DNA of 64,000 nucleotides from Podospora anserina (Eukaryota): NCBI GenBank assembly GCA_017654855.1, contig CM030336.1, positions 2,480,001 to 2,544,000 of the forward strand, read 5' to 3'. Shown piece by piece: positions 10,856 to 23,297 of this stretch (position 1 is its first letter; each line of letters starts with the position of its first letter). The notes under the pieces were generated by a model. It saw only the letters and a program-made list of their open reading frames with translations, ran no database searches and was not told where the DNA came from. The position numbers and the translations under genes were made by a program.

Positions 10856-12903
10856 CCTGGTGAAAGTTGGTCAGTCAGGGGAAGTATGGCAAGAGCCGGA
10901 GGAAAAGGGGAAAGAACTGACCTTGCTGGCTGAAAGTCGTGTTTCAAGGCTTGGAAATGTGCTGAGTTCGAATGGCTGTGACCTCGAGTTGTCCGATGAT
11001 TCTCAACTTCATGTTTTCCGAGCCGACAACGACCTACTTATAAATCAGGGAGATGGCCTGTGCTACGATCTCCCCAGGTTCTGAATTTCATGATCTATTC
11101 CAGTTCAACCCAATAGATCCCCTCCCTTAAGGCTCACTCTCCATTGACTCAAATTTTGCAGATACCCCGCGCCTGGGCCTGTGCGTCTTGGGGACGTGGC
11201 TGGCTGATCTCTCATCGCGACTTGCCGTGTAACAGCATCGAGGTATGGCTACTTCTGAGGTCCTAGACGGACGGCGGTACGACGGTCAACATGTACGATT
11301 TGGCCAGTCGAAAGCCGGCCCTGAGTATGACGGAATTTCTCATGATTCGAGCGTGCGTAAAAGGCGGCCGAAGAAACAGACCAGTTTCAGGGAAGCTAGG
11401 TCTTTTCCCAGGTTGGTTCATCGGTTAGCCGCAAAGTGCAGAATACAACTACGGAGAAAGCTCTGTTGTGATTTGTTAATCTAGGCAGTCATTAGTCTTT
11501 TGGTATTGATTACCTGCCGTGGGCATCTACCTTGCTTGAGCTATACTTCTGTTTTCCATGACGGTTCTCTGGTAGAAAACTAGGGTTGAATGATACATGT
11601 ATGAGAGGAGCCCAAATCGGACGCATGCAGTCGAGCCAAGAGGCGCGCCGCATGTTCTGAGCTATCATCTGTCTTCCTACCTAACTCCGAACATGCACTT
11701 CTGGGCTGTTGTGCCAACAAGACAGTATCGTTTGGTGGCGTCGAGTTTGAAGCTGAACCGTCCTAGAAGAGAAGATAATCTGAGTAGAAACGCAATGTCG
11801 ATCAAACAAATGCAGTGTAGTGGGTCGATATGTTGTGATTTGTCGACAGAGCGGGGAAGTATTGAAAAGGCTTGAACGGCAGGATTGGAATAGGGCTTGG
11901 GAAAGACGGCCGGTCATGAAAATGCTGGCCAGATTGGCATTATTACATTACATAAGATTAGTGATAGGTATTTGTAGACTTGACCTGTTGAAGCGGAAGT
12001 TAATACGACGCGAGTGGAATCAGGTGATTTATGGCTGGGGTTCTTACGTTTCGGAGGTTGAAGAGGTTCAGTTCAACCATATTTAACATCATGTGGCCTA
12101 AAGTTCGTGATAGCTATGTCTTAACATTACGATGTAAGACGGCCCGATCCCTTGTGTAGCCTCAGTCGATCCAATAATTTTATCCTTTTACCTAATACTT
12201 ACCACGTATCCAACCACCTGCATCCTGCTGTGTCTCTATGCCAATACATTGCATGGTGTATATGCTTTAATGATACCCGGTATGCTTGTTGGGTTTTTGG
12301 AGACGAGTTAAAAAAGCCGTAAAAGCACTGAAATATTAACTTGCAAGGCGGGAAAGCTCATTGAATTTGTTGTCCTTTAAACGTAAAAGAGCCGTGATCT
12401 CTGAGGTGGTGATAAACTGTGGCTTAATGATGATCAAGTTCAAGGTTGACCTACGAGGGCTGTTTGTCGGTACATAGGTGAGCGTAACGACAAAGAAGCG
12501 GTGCTTAGCCGTTGTTCAGAAAACCTCGCCATCAACCAGAGTCAGGTGTTAAGTAAGGCAAGGTGTACCTAACTCCTCAGAGCCCAAGGGTTGCTTTGAA
12601 TCCTGCGTCCACCACGCAAATATCATGAAATCCTGGTGTTTTCCTCTTGGGTGGTGCACTTCCCGCAATGTTCGGTCTCGCTGGAATGTTGGATAAGAAC
12701 TTTTGCCGCATGCTGTTGCTCGAACCCATCCTTCCGCAGCCTCCGGCTGGCTGACTGGCAACCACTTCGATTTGTCGTGGCGGTCTTGGCTGCAACTATT
12801 TCTATCATGCTCTCAAAACGGCAAAAAGATGCCGCTTGGGCATGTTGCTTGTTCTCTCAATCAGAGAGAGTCCATCAGATGTCCTTGAAAGCCCGAGTTT
12901 GCC

Positions 12904-13560
12904 ATGCCGATAAACCCGAATAGCTTCACCGGGAGAAGCATGACGTGGCTCGAACCCCCCAGGATAAAAGATGGTCGGGCGATGAACATAGAGGCTCTTT
13001 CCGACCAGCTCGAGTCTGTTCGCTCGAATATTCAACAGTACGCCGCCACGGTGTTCGAAACGTTCCCGAATCCAGACTCCAAACGAGAACGCCATCAACT
13101 CGAGCGAATGCCAATGAATAATGAACTCTAGAACCGCGTTACAACAACATTCATCCACCTAGTTGCCGTCCAAGAAGCGGCCATCGGGTTAGGGCCCACA
13201 GTTGAGCGCGCACAGAAGACAGGGAGGAGGGTTGTTTGCCAACCCATGATCAACCTTCGACAGTACTTCGATGAACCTTGTGTGAGACTAGCGAGGATAG
13301 TCAAAATGAAGCTTTGCCAAGTGAAAGAACGGGCGAAGGCCGCTGATAATCTGTTGTGGAAGGAGGAGAAAGGACGTGGGACGTGGGCAAGCAGGTTTGA
13401 GTCTGAGAAGGCAAAAGTGGAGAGGCAGATGAAGGTGCAAGCGGTAAAGTCGGAGCTGCCGACTGACCTGAAGCATCTAGCATTTCTCCAGAAAATGTAC
13501 AAGTCCCTCGATGAAATCGATCTCGAGAATAAGGTCGCCATTGCGTATTTGCAGGGGTGA
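12904..13560 (+). pseudogene. Orphan ORF of about 218 codons interrupted by one in-frame TAG (13129-13131)
   Basis: ORFs 12904-13131 and 13246-13560 share a frame. Reading through the TAG gives an uninterrupted ...MNNEL*NRVTTTFIHLVAVQEAAIG...MINLRQYF...AYLQG. Confidence 0.5.
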
Positions 13561-14121
13561 ACGAAGCCTTCGAGCCACGATCAGATGGCAAGGGGTAAAG
13601 GGCGTTAGACAGCTGCAAAGGCACGACAAAGTTGGCCCCCTGATGCAACACTGGGTGTTGCAGCATATAAAAGGCGAGATTGGGAAGGTTTTGACAGGCA
13701 CAAGGAGTAGCACAGGAAGAGCAGGATGAACAGGTATCTCCTCACAGTGATTGTCGTTAGCAATATAATATTCAGAGAACTGTCTCTCCCATCCATGTAT
13801 TTTGAAGAACATGTTAATGCTGAGCAGGTCTCAGCCAGGCGGACGACTCATCAATATATATGGCGACCAATCATCGCCGACAACACAGACCGTTCAGCGC
13901 CCTTTCTGTGGTACCGCTTGCGAACCAAATTTTACTTCTTTTATTTTTCGCGAGCACGCAGACACTCAACCGTCTGCTCACACGAGGACAATGCTCGCTC
14001 GCGACAAATTTTCGTCCCAACATCGTCCAAGCCAAGTAAATTGTTTTCACTAAAATTTCCATTTCTACTTGCTAATTGATATTGGCATATAGCACATCTC
14101 AGTCACAAAAGTCTCGCCACC

Positions 14122-14647
14122 ATGGCACCCAAGTCGATCGAGGAGGCGAAGAACCGAGCGGAGCAGGGGATTCAGAAATCCTGGGACGCAATGGGCTCTC
14201 TGATGGGTCTTGTCGATGACCTTGATTCCTTAAACCAGGAACTCAAGCGAATTCTCGAGGGCTACAAAAACATACCCAACAACATGACCGAGATACCCAT
14301 CCCACCTGGGTTCCGCCAAGGGGCCATCTTGTTCCAAAACAGGAACCTACGCCGCCGGCGGACAGTCGCGAACAGGGAATTTCGAGCCAACTGTTTTGAG
14401 AGATATAATCGGACAGGGACATGTTCAATGCATTGCCGAGACGATGAACAAGGCTGCTGACGAGGCGTTTGAAACTCCCGGAATGTCTGAGGATTGTAAG
14501 CTTCGGTTCTACACCAAACGCCAATTCATACACGGCGAATACGCTGAGGTTCGGGAGAGGCTTGGGGTGGTGGTTACGGAATGGCAGCAGGTCAACAGTA
14601 ATTTGGCCACACTGCTTACAAGGCCGATCAACGGCTTGCGAGTATGA
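14122..14647 (+). pseudogene. Orphan gene with an apparent +1 frameshift near 14300-14345
   Basis: Strong start context CGCCACCATGG. Frame 1 looks protein-like to about ...AILFQN. The +1 frame is open 14288-14647 (GTYAAGGQSR...AETMNKAADEAFE...EVRERLGVVVTEWQQVNSNL). Confidence 0.4.
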
Positions 14648-15189
14648 GTTGGGTGGAATAGGGACTGGCACTTTATCCTCTAGACATAGGGAAGTGCATG
14701 GAGCTGCAGGGCTGGCTTGGGATCGGGTTGTTATTTTTGTCTTCGAGACGAGGGAGATGGAACTCACCGGCGGGCAGCAAGACAATAGTCTTTATCGTTC
14801 TTTGTCTACCTCCTGGGTTGTTCTCAACAATGCATTATCTCCCGCATATATCTTTGTTTGAAGGGTCTATGCATAGCACAAAGAGACTGTTCTGTCAGGT
14901 CCTTGAAACCACTGTCCCCCCTTCTTTTCCGCGGGGCGGCTTGCGTTCTTGATTGTATTTTGCGTTTATTCCTTCGTTTCCATTCAATTCAACCATAAAC
15001 ACTCTACCTTCCAGTAAGGTATTCCAGCATTAGACAGAGAGACAGGTGAGTGACTTTCCGCATCGTGTATCTCTTTTTCCCTCAGGATATCCAAAGACTT
15101 CATCAGTATCTACACTCTCTTTTACTGACACCAGGATTTCCAATCCCGAAAAACAACAAAACCAAAAGAACTAATATCCAAATTCCAAA

Positions 15190-16086
15190 ATGTACAACCC
15201 ATCATACGACCCAATGCTCAGCCGCCCACTCACACCCGACGAAAGCTTTCACTTTCTCAAACTCAACCCCAACCTCGCCCTCTTCATCCCAGTCCCCGAG
15301 TGCACCTGCTGCCTCTTCTTCCAGTTCTACCAGTGCGGATGCCCCGACAACCAGTCCCACAACGGCATCGGCCTCTTCGGCGAGCTACTTCGCTTCCGTA
15401 ACCCAACGCAGTTTGCTTGCCTGTACAGGTGCCCCATCCATTTTCTCCCCCAGGCTGCGCAGACAATCCTCCACAATCGCGGCTTCCGCCACAGGAACGA
15501 CCCCCTGCCCGTCGCTCAAGCCCCCGTCGAACTCCCCTTTCCGTGCTACAAGCACCAAGAAGAATGCTCATACAGAATCTCAAAGAAGGCAGCCATGAAT
15601 ATCCGGCCGTCCCTGGGACATTCGAACAAGATTAACAAGCTCAAGCGGAAGCAAAAAGCAAAGAGGGAGGTTGATTGGGTCAAGAAACACAGAAAGGCGC
15701 TGAGGGCGTTTGTGTATGAGCACACGCCCCTACAGGAGTTCAACAAGCCCAAGGTCATCCACCCTGCCGACCAGGCATTCATTGGAACATGGGATAAAAT
15801 TGTACGGCCACCTGTCCATGTCAAGCTTGAGAGTGAGGACTGGTTCCTTGATGAGCAAAAGACTGATTTGGACAATGACGACGCCGCGAACGGGAGCAAG
15901 GTGGCGGATATATTCTACCCCGAGATTGGTCCGCTTGGGAGCGGCAAGTATGAGGCTGGCGCGACGGTGCTGGATGAGATGATGATTACTGCGATATCGC
16001 GGAACCAGTGGAGGAGGAGGGGGTATCCGTGGGAGTTTGTGCATAGGGATCGGAACATGGGGGAGATGGTGTGGAGTATGGATTGA
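15190..16086 (+). CDS. Hypothetical protein with a Cys/His-rich, putatively metal-binding N-terminus
   Basis: 298-aa ORF with coding-like codon bias. Motifs ECTCC..YQCGC..CLYRCPIH..PCYKH, followed by a basic stretch. Confidence 0.7.
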   Translation: MYNPSYDPMLSRPLTPDESFHFLKLNPNLALFIPVPECTCCLFFQFYQCGCPDNQSHNGIGLFGELLRFRNPTQFACLYRCPIHFLPQAAQTILHNRGFRHRNDPLPVAQAPVELPFPCYKHQEECSYRISKKAAMNIRPSLGHSNKINKLKRKQKAKREVDWVKKHRKALRAFVYEHTPLQEFNKPKVIHPADQAFIGTWDKIVRPPVHVKLESEDWFLDEQKTDLDNDDAANGSKVADIFYPEIGPLGSGKYEAGATVLDEMMITAISRNQWRRRGYPWEFVHRDRNMGEMVWSMD

Positions 16087-16611
16087 GTAATCATTCCATG
16101 CGCAAAATTAGCTTCTTCCACCACGAGCTGGTCTTGAGGATGGGAAGGAGGGAGGAGTAAAAAGGTGGGTTTTGACTTACATGCATAGCGCGGTGTTTAA
16201 GGTTTCAGTTTTTTATGGACTAGACAATGCATAGAGAATTTGGAGGGATGTTATTACATCCCGACATAATGATAAACATTAATATCACATTCAAATAATC
16301 CCCTCTTTGAGCAGTGCATAATAAGTTTATCAAATCAAAGATGTGCTCCAGTACCTAATGCTCCTGTGTTACGCGTTGCCAATCGCCACTCCCTCTTTCA
16401 AAGGCAGCAAGCAGCCCCTCTGCTCAACGGGCAGGCAACAGAGGTGGGGCACGACAGGTTTCCCAACATCCACCACCGAAAGCTCGGGTTCAAAGCAACA
16501 GCCACTTTCACTCACTCTGATCATTTAGGACCCCAATATTCTATTCAAGGGCCGCAACCTGGCTTTGGACGATTCCGAGCATCATACAAGCTCGACTATC
16601 ATTGCTGCACC

Positions 16612-18164
16612 ATGAGCGGTGCTTCTTGCTTCTGCGCCATCTGTGGGGGCCCGTTTGGGGACATTGTCTTCAGCCCACCCCATCCAGATGACCAGCCCGG
16701 GTCAGACGACGAGAATGATGACTGGAACGGATCAACAACCCAGTCAGACGTTGCTTGGAGCGGCCCCGAGGATGACTCTGACGACGACGACGACCAGTCC
16801 CAAAATCAAGATTCGATTGATACCGACAGCAACTCACACACGAGTGAGCATGCGGCCATTGAGGTCTCTGACGATATGGAGGAGGACGAGGCCACCCACC
16901 CCGAAGATGAGGAGGATTTCTCCGAGTCTGGTGAAAGCAATCAGGAAGAAGCCGACATTGGTTTCGACGATATGGCCCCAAGTGAGGGCTCGATCCAGAG
17001 TGAAGATGAGGAAGCGCTTGAGTTTAACGAGTTTCGTTTTGATGACACTCACTGGTCCGAGGAGCCAGGAACCGGATATGATCGAAAGATCTTGAGGCCT
17101 CGCCATGCTCACTGGATCATGACTGTATATGCCCTAGGTTGCAACGTGGAGGCACCGGGCCCATCCAAGTCAGTCACTTATGTCCTTCTGCTGGTCTGAT
17201 CGGCGTGATACTAACATTCTATATTAGATGCTATTTATCTGGCCGGGGCGTGGCCGATTGGCACCTGGGCACGGTAACGTTCACACCAGGACCAATCCGT
17301 CTCCGTGACCCCAACTATCCGCGTACCCGGGGCCGCCGTCGATCTCGTCTAGATGTTGTCACCTACATTGACTCTACGTTTAGAGACTCGATAAATTGGG
17401 TGTATCCAGTACACATGCCCTGCCTCAAAATTCTTTGCCAGGTCCTGACCGGCCAACCCGACCCCTACGGAAGTTCAAAGCTGGACAAGGATGCATTATT
17501 CTTTGCCATGAACAAGTTGTCCGACTGGGCAGGGGGAGCGCTGAATATCACGTATTTTAAAGACCGGCCACTGATTCCAGAGTACTGGCAATCTCTACCG
17601 GGAAATGAGTACATCCACGCCAATCCTTTCTCCACGGACTGTCCCCATCGCGATCAGGTTTTGGCTCTTGTTTCAAACGCCATCAAGACCTCCCAAGACA
17701 GCAAGTATCTCTTGGACGACCTCACCGACAAGGTGAAATCCGACCGCTTCAACATGCTACCTTACGATTTGATCCACATAATTTCATGCTTGCTGCCTGA
17801 CCGGGATTTGTTCTCGCTTTGTTGTGCGTCTTACATCGTCCACAAGAACCTTGAGGAGAATGAGAACTTTTGGCGTTATCGTCTGGCGAAGATATCGATG
17901 CCTTGGTTTGATGAGGCCTTGGAAGTCTTGTCGTCCCTTGGCAATGAGGATGTGTTGCAAGTCAAATATTGGAAGGGGCTTTTACGTACCCTGCAGAAGC
18001 TGCTTGCCTCTAAGAAATTGGGCAAGCAAGGGCCGCTAATGGGCGTGTATAATCGAAGGAGGATCTGGGCGTGTTGCCAGCGCATTGGGAGGGAGTACTT
18101 TAAGAAGGTGAGGGAACTGAGAGAAAGGGGGTGTGAGGCGGTGATTAAGGATATTGAGAAGTAG
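16612..18164 (+). CDS. F-box-like domain protein with an N-terminal CxCxxCGGP motif and a long acidic tract
   Basis: Exon 1 is 16612-17168 (MSGASCFCAICGGPF...), intron 17169-17227 (GTCAGT..CTAAC..TAG), exon 2 runs to 18164; about 497 aa. F-box-like SDRFNMLPYDLIHIISCLLPDRDLFSLCCAS and C-terminal NRRRIWACCQRI. Confidence 0.8.
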
Positions 18165-18403
18165 GCCCTTGAAGATAGCAAACAGATCTTCAAGGTAGCG
18201 AATAAGTATTAAACATGTATTTTAGGCCTTCAGCGATAGTCAAAAAACTTGAAAAATAGATAGAGGATTTTTCCATCGTATTTTACCCCCTTAATTCTAC
18301 TTTGCATTCTCTAACTATATGTCCACGACGTAAAACAATACGCAAAGTCAAAATCCAACCGTTGATTTTCTCTCTTCCATCCCTGAGATCATTATCTTTC
18401 TAC

Positions 18404-19354
18404 CTACGCCCACCCCAAACCCCTAAACCTCGCAAAATTCCTCTCCGTATCCGCATCCACAAACGCGTGCGCCTCCCTGACAGTGATATCACCCCCGTGA
18501 ACCTCCACCACCTGCCCATTGACCTCCTTCCCACCCTTGACGAACCTGTCTACCGCTTTGATGAGCGTTTCCATCGGTGTGATGACCATACCGTCGTATA
18601 GTTTCCTAGGCGCGATATTTGTTTCTGCCGGGCTTTCAATCAGCAACAAACCTCTCGGGAGAGGGAGGGACACAAGGTAGGTACCTAACACCGCCGGCGC
18701 GAGCGCGCAAATCTTTATGTTTTCTTTCTCTACCAGCCCAGCGACAGATCGCACCAGGCCGACGACCCCGAATTTAGACGCTGCGTAGAGGGGTGCGGTG
18801 GGGAGGGGGTAGAGGCCTGCGTTGCTTGCTGTGCAGAGTATCAACCCCCGATCTCCCTCTTCTGATGGTTTTTGGTCCATGTAATAGATCGCGAGTTTGA
18901 TCGCTATCATGTGTCAACCTGTTGTCCGGTGAGGTAGCATGCTGGGAGACCTACAGTACACCACACCCGACAAGTTGACCTCCAAACAACTCATATCCGG
19001 CTTTTTCGGAGGGTGCGACTTGTCACCGTCCTGCTCAACAACAAGCGTGGTGAACCCCCGTTCTGAAACGCCTGCGTTCGCAACCACGACGTCGACCCTA
19101 CCCCCAAACTCACCGTCGTAAAGGGACGAAAACACTGATGCCTGTGCCTCCCAGCTGGAGACATCGCAGGCGTGGAAAAAGAATTCTGTGTCTGGGTACT
19201 GCGTCGACAGGGAAGTAACGAGTGACGGGCCAACCGAGGAGTTGATATCTAGCATTGCAATCTTTGTTGGAATGGAGGAGGAGGACGAGGCAAAGTAGTG
19301 CGTTATTGCCAGGCCTATGCCAGAGGTGGCGCCGGTGATGATCACGTTTGGCAT
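18404..19354 (-). CDS. Short-chain dehydrogenase/reductase (15-hydroxyprostaglandin dehydrogenase-like)
   Basis: Motifs TGATSGIG, VVANAG and catalytic YAASK. Introns 18954-18904 and 18684-18625; about 279 aa. Confidence 0.9.
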
Positions 19355-20179
19355 TTCTTCAGCTCTGACAAGACGGCGAGGATGAGATAGGTACTGCTGG
19401 GTGTTGGAAAACGGGTCACAGTGAGCAGCTAAAGATGGAAGCTGGTAATGAAAAGCTGGATATGAAGAAGAAGCAAGATACCCATCAATATATTCCCCGC
19501 ATCAACACCCTCACACAAAACCCCAACTCTCCGGCCCAAGGTTCCCAATAAGCCCAGGTACCCCGGGACATGCCATCCAACCTTCCCCGCATGATCGATC
19601 AAATTAAACACATACCGGCAGTTAATCAAGTTCCCGTTCGGACATCATGCAGGAACCTAGGCCGCACACACCAGGTTGCTTGGCCTTGAAACTGCAATAC
19701 CTATAATAAAATAGTCACCTTACACCACCAAATGACCACCTTAACGATGACAACACGAAAGGAAAGATAAGATAAATCATCAATCATACCTCATTAAACC
19801 GTAACATGCTGGGCTAAAAGAAGATCCGTATCTACCCTGTCCACCACACGATAACTCAGCCAACGCCACAATGCCCAACAATCCACAAAAACCAAACTCT
19901 CAAAAAGACCTCATAATTAGAAAGACAAAAATACTATATACAGAAGCCACACCCGACCGCGCTTGCTCTTCTACCACAACGTTGCCGGCCGCCAATGTCT
20001 TGTGTGCTGCCGTCCAAAAGTCCAACAACCCACAAAACCGAGCTTTTTAATCCTACCCGACCTAGCCATCCTATAAACTCCCAAATCCTCCGTTTTGCAA
20101 TGTCTGTTGTATTTGTCTGGGATATATTTGCTTGCTTTGCTGTGGAACACGATGCTACTTGTCATGGAGCGAGGATCGT

Positions 20180-23100
20180 TTACATCACAACCTGTTTCTT
20201 TATTAGCACATGCCATCTCGAGACTGCACCAGCCCAAAGAAAACTTACACAGTCACCATCATTCTTCCCCTGCGGAATGCCCATCTCCTCAAATGTCGCG
20301 GGCCCCTGACCCATCGTCTTTCCATCGGGATGATCGGTCTTAACAGGTGGTCTCCCGGCGGCAGGTCTCGGTCCAGAAGCAGTCGAACCCGGAGTTCCCG
20401 GCCCCGGACTTGGTCTGGCCGCCGTTGCACCACCAGGGGGCGCACTAGCACGCCCGCCGTCATGAGCATGCGATGACACCGGCCTACCGTTATTGGGAAC
20501 TGGTCTCCCGCTTGCAGGCATGCTCTCCACTCTGTGCGCGTCTGGTCGCAGATTCGGGTTTGGCAATGGTACCCTCCCAGCAGCAGCAGCTGGGGGTCCA
20601 GCACCATAACGATCGTACCCGCCTTGAGGTCCGTAAGCGTCACTGACAGGGCGTTGGTTGGGGCGCCCACCACCAGGCGGACCATAGTCTCGCCCCGGCT
20701 GCAGCCCGGAACTGCCCTGGGGTGGGTACTTGCCACCTGCAGGGGGATACTGACCCGGAGGAGGTCCTTGAGTGAGGGGAGGTGGAGCATTCGGGTTCGG
20801 CTTCTGGAGCCGTTGCCTCGTCGGATCGCCGATAGGTGGCATCCCAACGGGAGGAATGCCAGGCCCCGGAGGCCCATACCGTCCGTCTTGCTGCTGAGGT
20901 GGATACTGTGCACTAGGACCCGGACTAGGGCGTCTATAGTTACCGGGAGCACCTTGGGGACCCCAGCCGCCGTTAGGAGGCTGTCCAGACATGGGACGAC
21001 CGCGATCAGGAGGAGCACTGTGCATGCCGTTTGGCGATAAAGGACGGATACCGAAAGCAGATCCGGGACGGTCCGCATGCGGTCCAACAGGGAGACGACC
21101 AGCCGCCGGGTTCAAATGAGGACCACGCATATCATCCTCGGGATAGGGCGCCGCTGACTTTGGCCTAGCATTCAGCGGTGACGGGTTGTCTTCGAGGGGA
21201 TACGGCGCTGCACTCTTGGGGCGCAGCGCAAGGTTGTTCGGGTCTACATTTACCCCAAAAGCAGGAGGTCGAGGGGTAGGGTCTGGGAAGTTGACTCGGT
21301 CTGGTATTCCTGTTAGTCGCTGCTGGTGATAGTTGCGGAGAGCAAAAGCATTAGAATTAGAGTAAAGAAAATGGGCCGCACCAGGCGGGGGTGTCACCGT
21401 CTCCCCAAGTGTAGGCAAGACCTCGTTCTGTCTTGCAAATCTGTCTGGCCGTTTGCCGCGCTGAGAGCCATGCTGGGACTTGATTCGAGTGAGTGTTGTT
21501 GTTTCGTGGTCAGCCTTGGTCAGTGTCTTAGACTGGCTCAGTGACTCGAGTCTGTCCTTGGCGTCCTTGTTGCCATGCTCGGCTGCGAGCTCGTACCACT
21601 TCCTGGCTTCTCTAACGTCCTTGGGAACGTGGATGCCGATTTCGTGGTAGTAACCCATGGCGAACTCGCCCGTTGCCAGTCCAGAGACAGCCGCTTCCTG
21701 TGCATACTTGAAAGCCAGCTGCTCGTTCTTGGCAAAGGCGCCTTCGTAACCAAAGAGGAACCAGCGACTGACACCGAGGGCGGCTTCTGGCTGGCCTTGG
21801 CGGGCAGCGAGACCATAATAGTGAAGCGAGTAGGCAGGGTTGAAGTCACAGCCAAGCTGGCTCAACTCATATGCCTGTCCCATCTTCAGCTGAGCCTTGG
21901 CAAAGCTGAGATAGGCCGCCTTTTCGATGTACTGTCGGGCTACCGTCAGGTCGCACGGCAGGATGCTCTCGGGAAGGGTGATGTCGGGCAGTTCCCGAGC
22001 GATCAGCATGCCGTACACATATGCACCCTGAGGGGCGTCTTCGTCGGCCGTGTCGGCTGCGTGCTGAATCATTTCCAACCCCTGCAAATAGTCCTTTTGA
22101 TGGCCGTGCTGTCCCATCAGGTGCATCATGCCGAGGCGGTAGTTGGAGGCCGAATCCTTGAGCTTGACGCCGAGGGTGTAATGCTTGATGGCGTTTGCGA
22201 TATCATTCGAGTTTTCGTACAGCATGCCCATGCGGTATTCGGCCCTACCGTACCCATTTTCGGCCGCCTTCTTGTACAGCGAATACGCCTCCCGCTTGTT
22301 CTCTCGGAATCCGAACTTGCCAAACTCGAGCCATTTTCCTTTCATAAAGTTTGCCTCGGGGTGGTCCTGCTGGGCGAGGTAGTCGATGATGCTGACGGCG
22401 TCTATTCGCAGGTCGTGTTCCGTCTTTGGTGTCGCGGGCCTCTCCTTCCCCTTTCCTTCCCGCTTCCATTCCCTCTGCGCGGCCTCCTGGGCGACCTCGA
22501 CCCAGATGAGGGTGTCGCGGGCCCAGGTGACCTGCATCGACACATTGTTGGAGTGGAGGACGAGGTTGCGCGCCTGCCACAGAATGCCCTCCTTCTCTTC
22601 GTCGCTGGGCGGGATGTTCTCGCCCTTGACCTTGGGAAAGGGGGAGAATGATGGGACGTCCATTGTGGTGGAGCCGGCGGCGCTGGTCTGGAAGGGTTTG
22701 AAACTAGATTCGGGGGGTTGAGAGAGTCAGCGCGCTGTATCCTGTACTGTAGTGTAGGCCTTTGGCCTGATCCACCGCGGACGTTGCGTGGGGCCCCTTC
22801 AATCGCAGCGGCTTCATTAAGCTTGCGCTTGGGGGGTCGAGAGAGAGGGGATCAACTTACGCCTTTGCGTCGCCGCCACGGGGGTTGAGTGATGTCGAGT
22901 TGCTTTCTCTTCGGGATTCGCGAGCTTCTAATTCCATGCGTTGAATGTCGTTTTGCATGTTCTGGGGCACCTCAGGCATTACCCTGCAAGATGATCCGAG
23001 ATTGTCAGCCTCCGCCTTGCCAGCTTTCCTCAGCCTCCGTCCGCGTCTGGCGCTCCACGTCAAGCCTTGTCCAATCGGTCCAGCCCGGAGATGGAGGCCG

Positions 23101-23297
23101 CGCAAAGGCGCACAGCACAGCAGGATCTGCGGATGGTATTTGGGAGTCCCGGACTTGGATGAGACAGGGCGCAGGAACAGAGTGAGTAAGTAGAAAAGGA
23201 GGCAGGCTTACCGTTGAGGGGCAGGCGCAACGACCTCTGGCGGCATGTAGTAATCATCGTACCCGCCTGGGACGAAAGTCGCAGTGAACTGTGGCAT
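20180..23297 (-). CDS. Sel1-repeat chitin synthase activator/regulator (Chs4/Skt5-like) with a C-terminal CaaX
   Basis: Exons 23297-23212, 22983-22861, 22703-21382, 21300-20249 and 20191-20180 join in frame (about 864 aa). Several Sel1 repeats (AYSLYKKAAENGYGRAEYRMG; ARKWYELAAEHGNKDAK), a Pro/Gly-rich tail, and a spliced end GPATFEEMGIPQGKNDGDCVVM. Confidence 0.88.
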
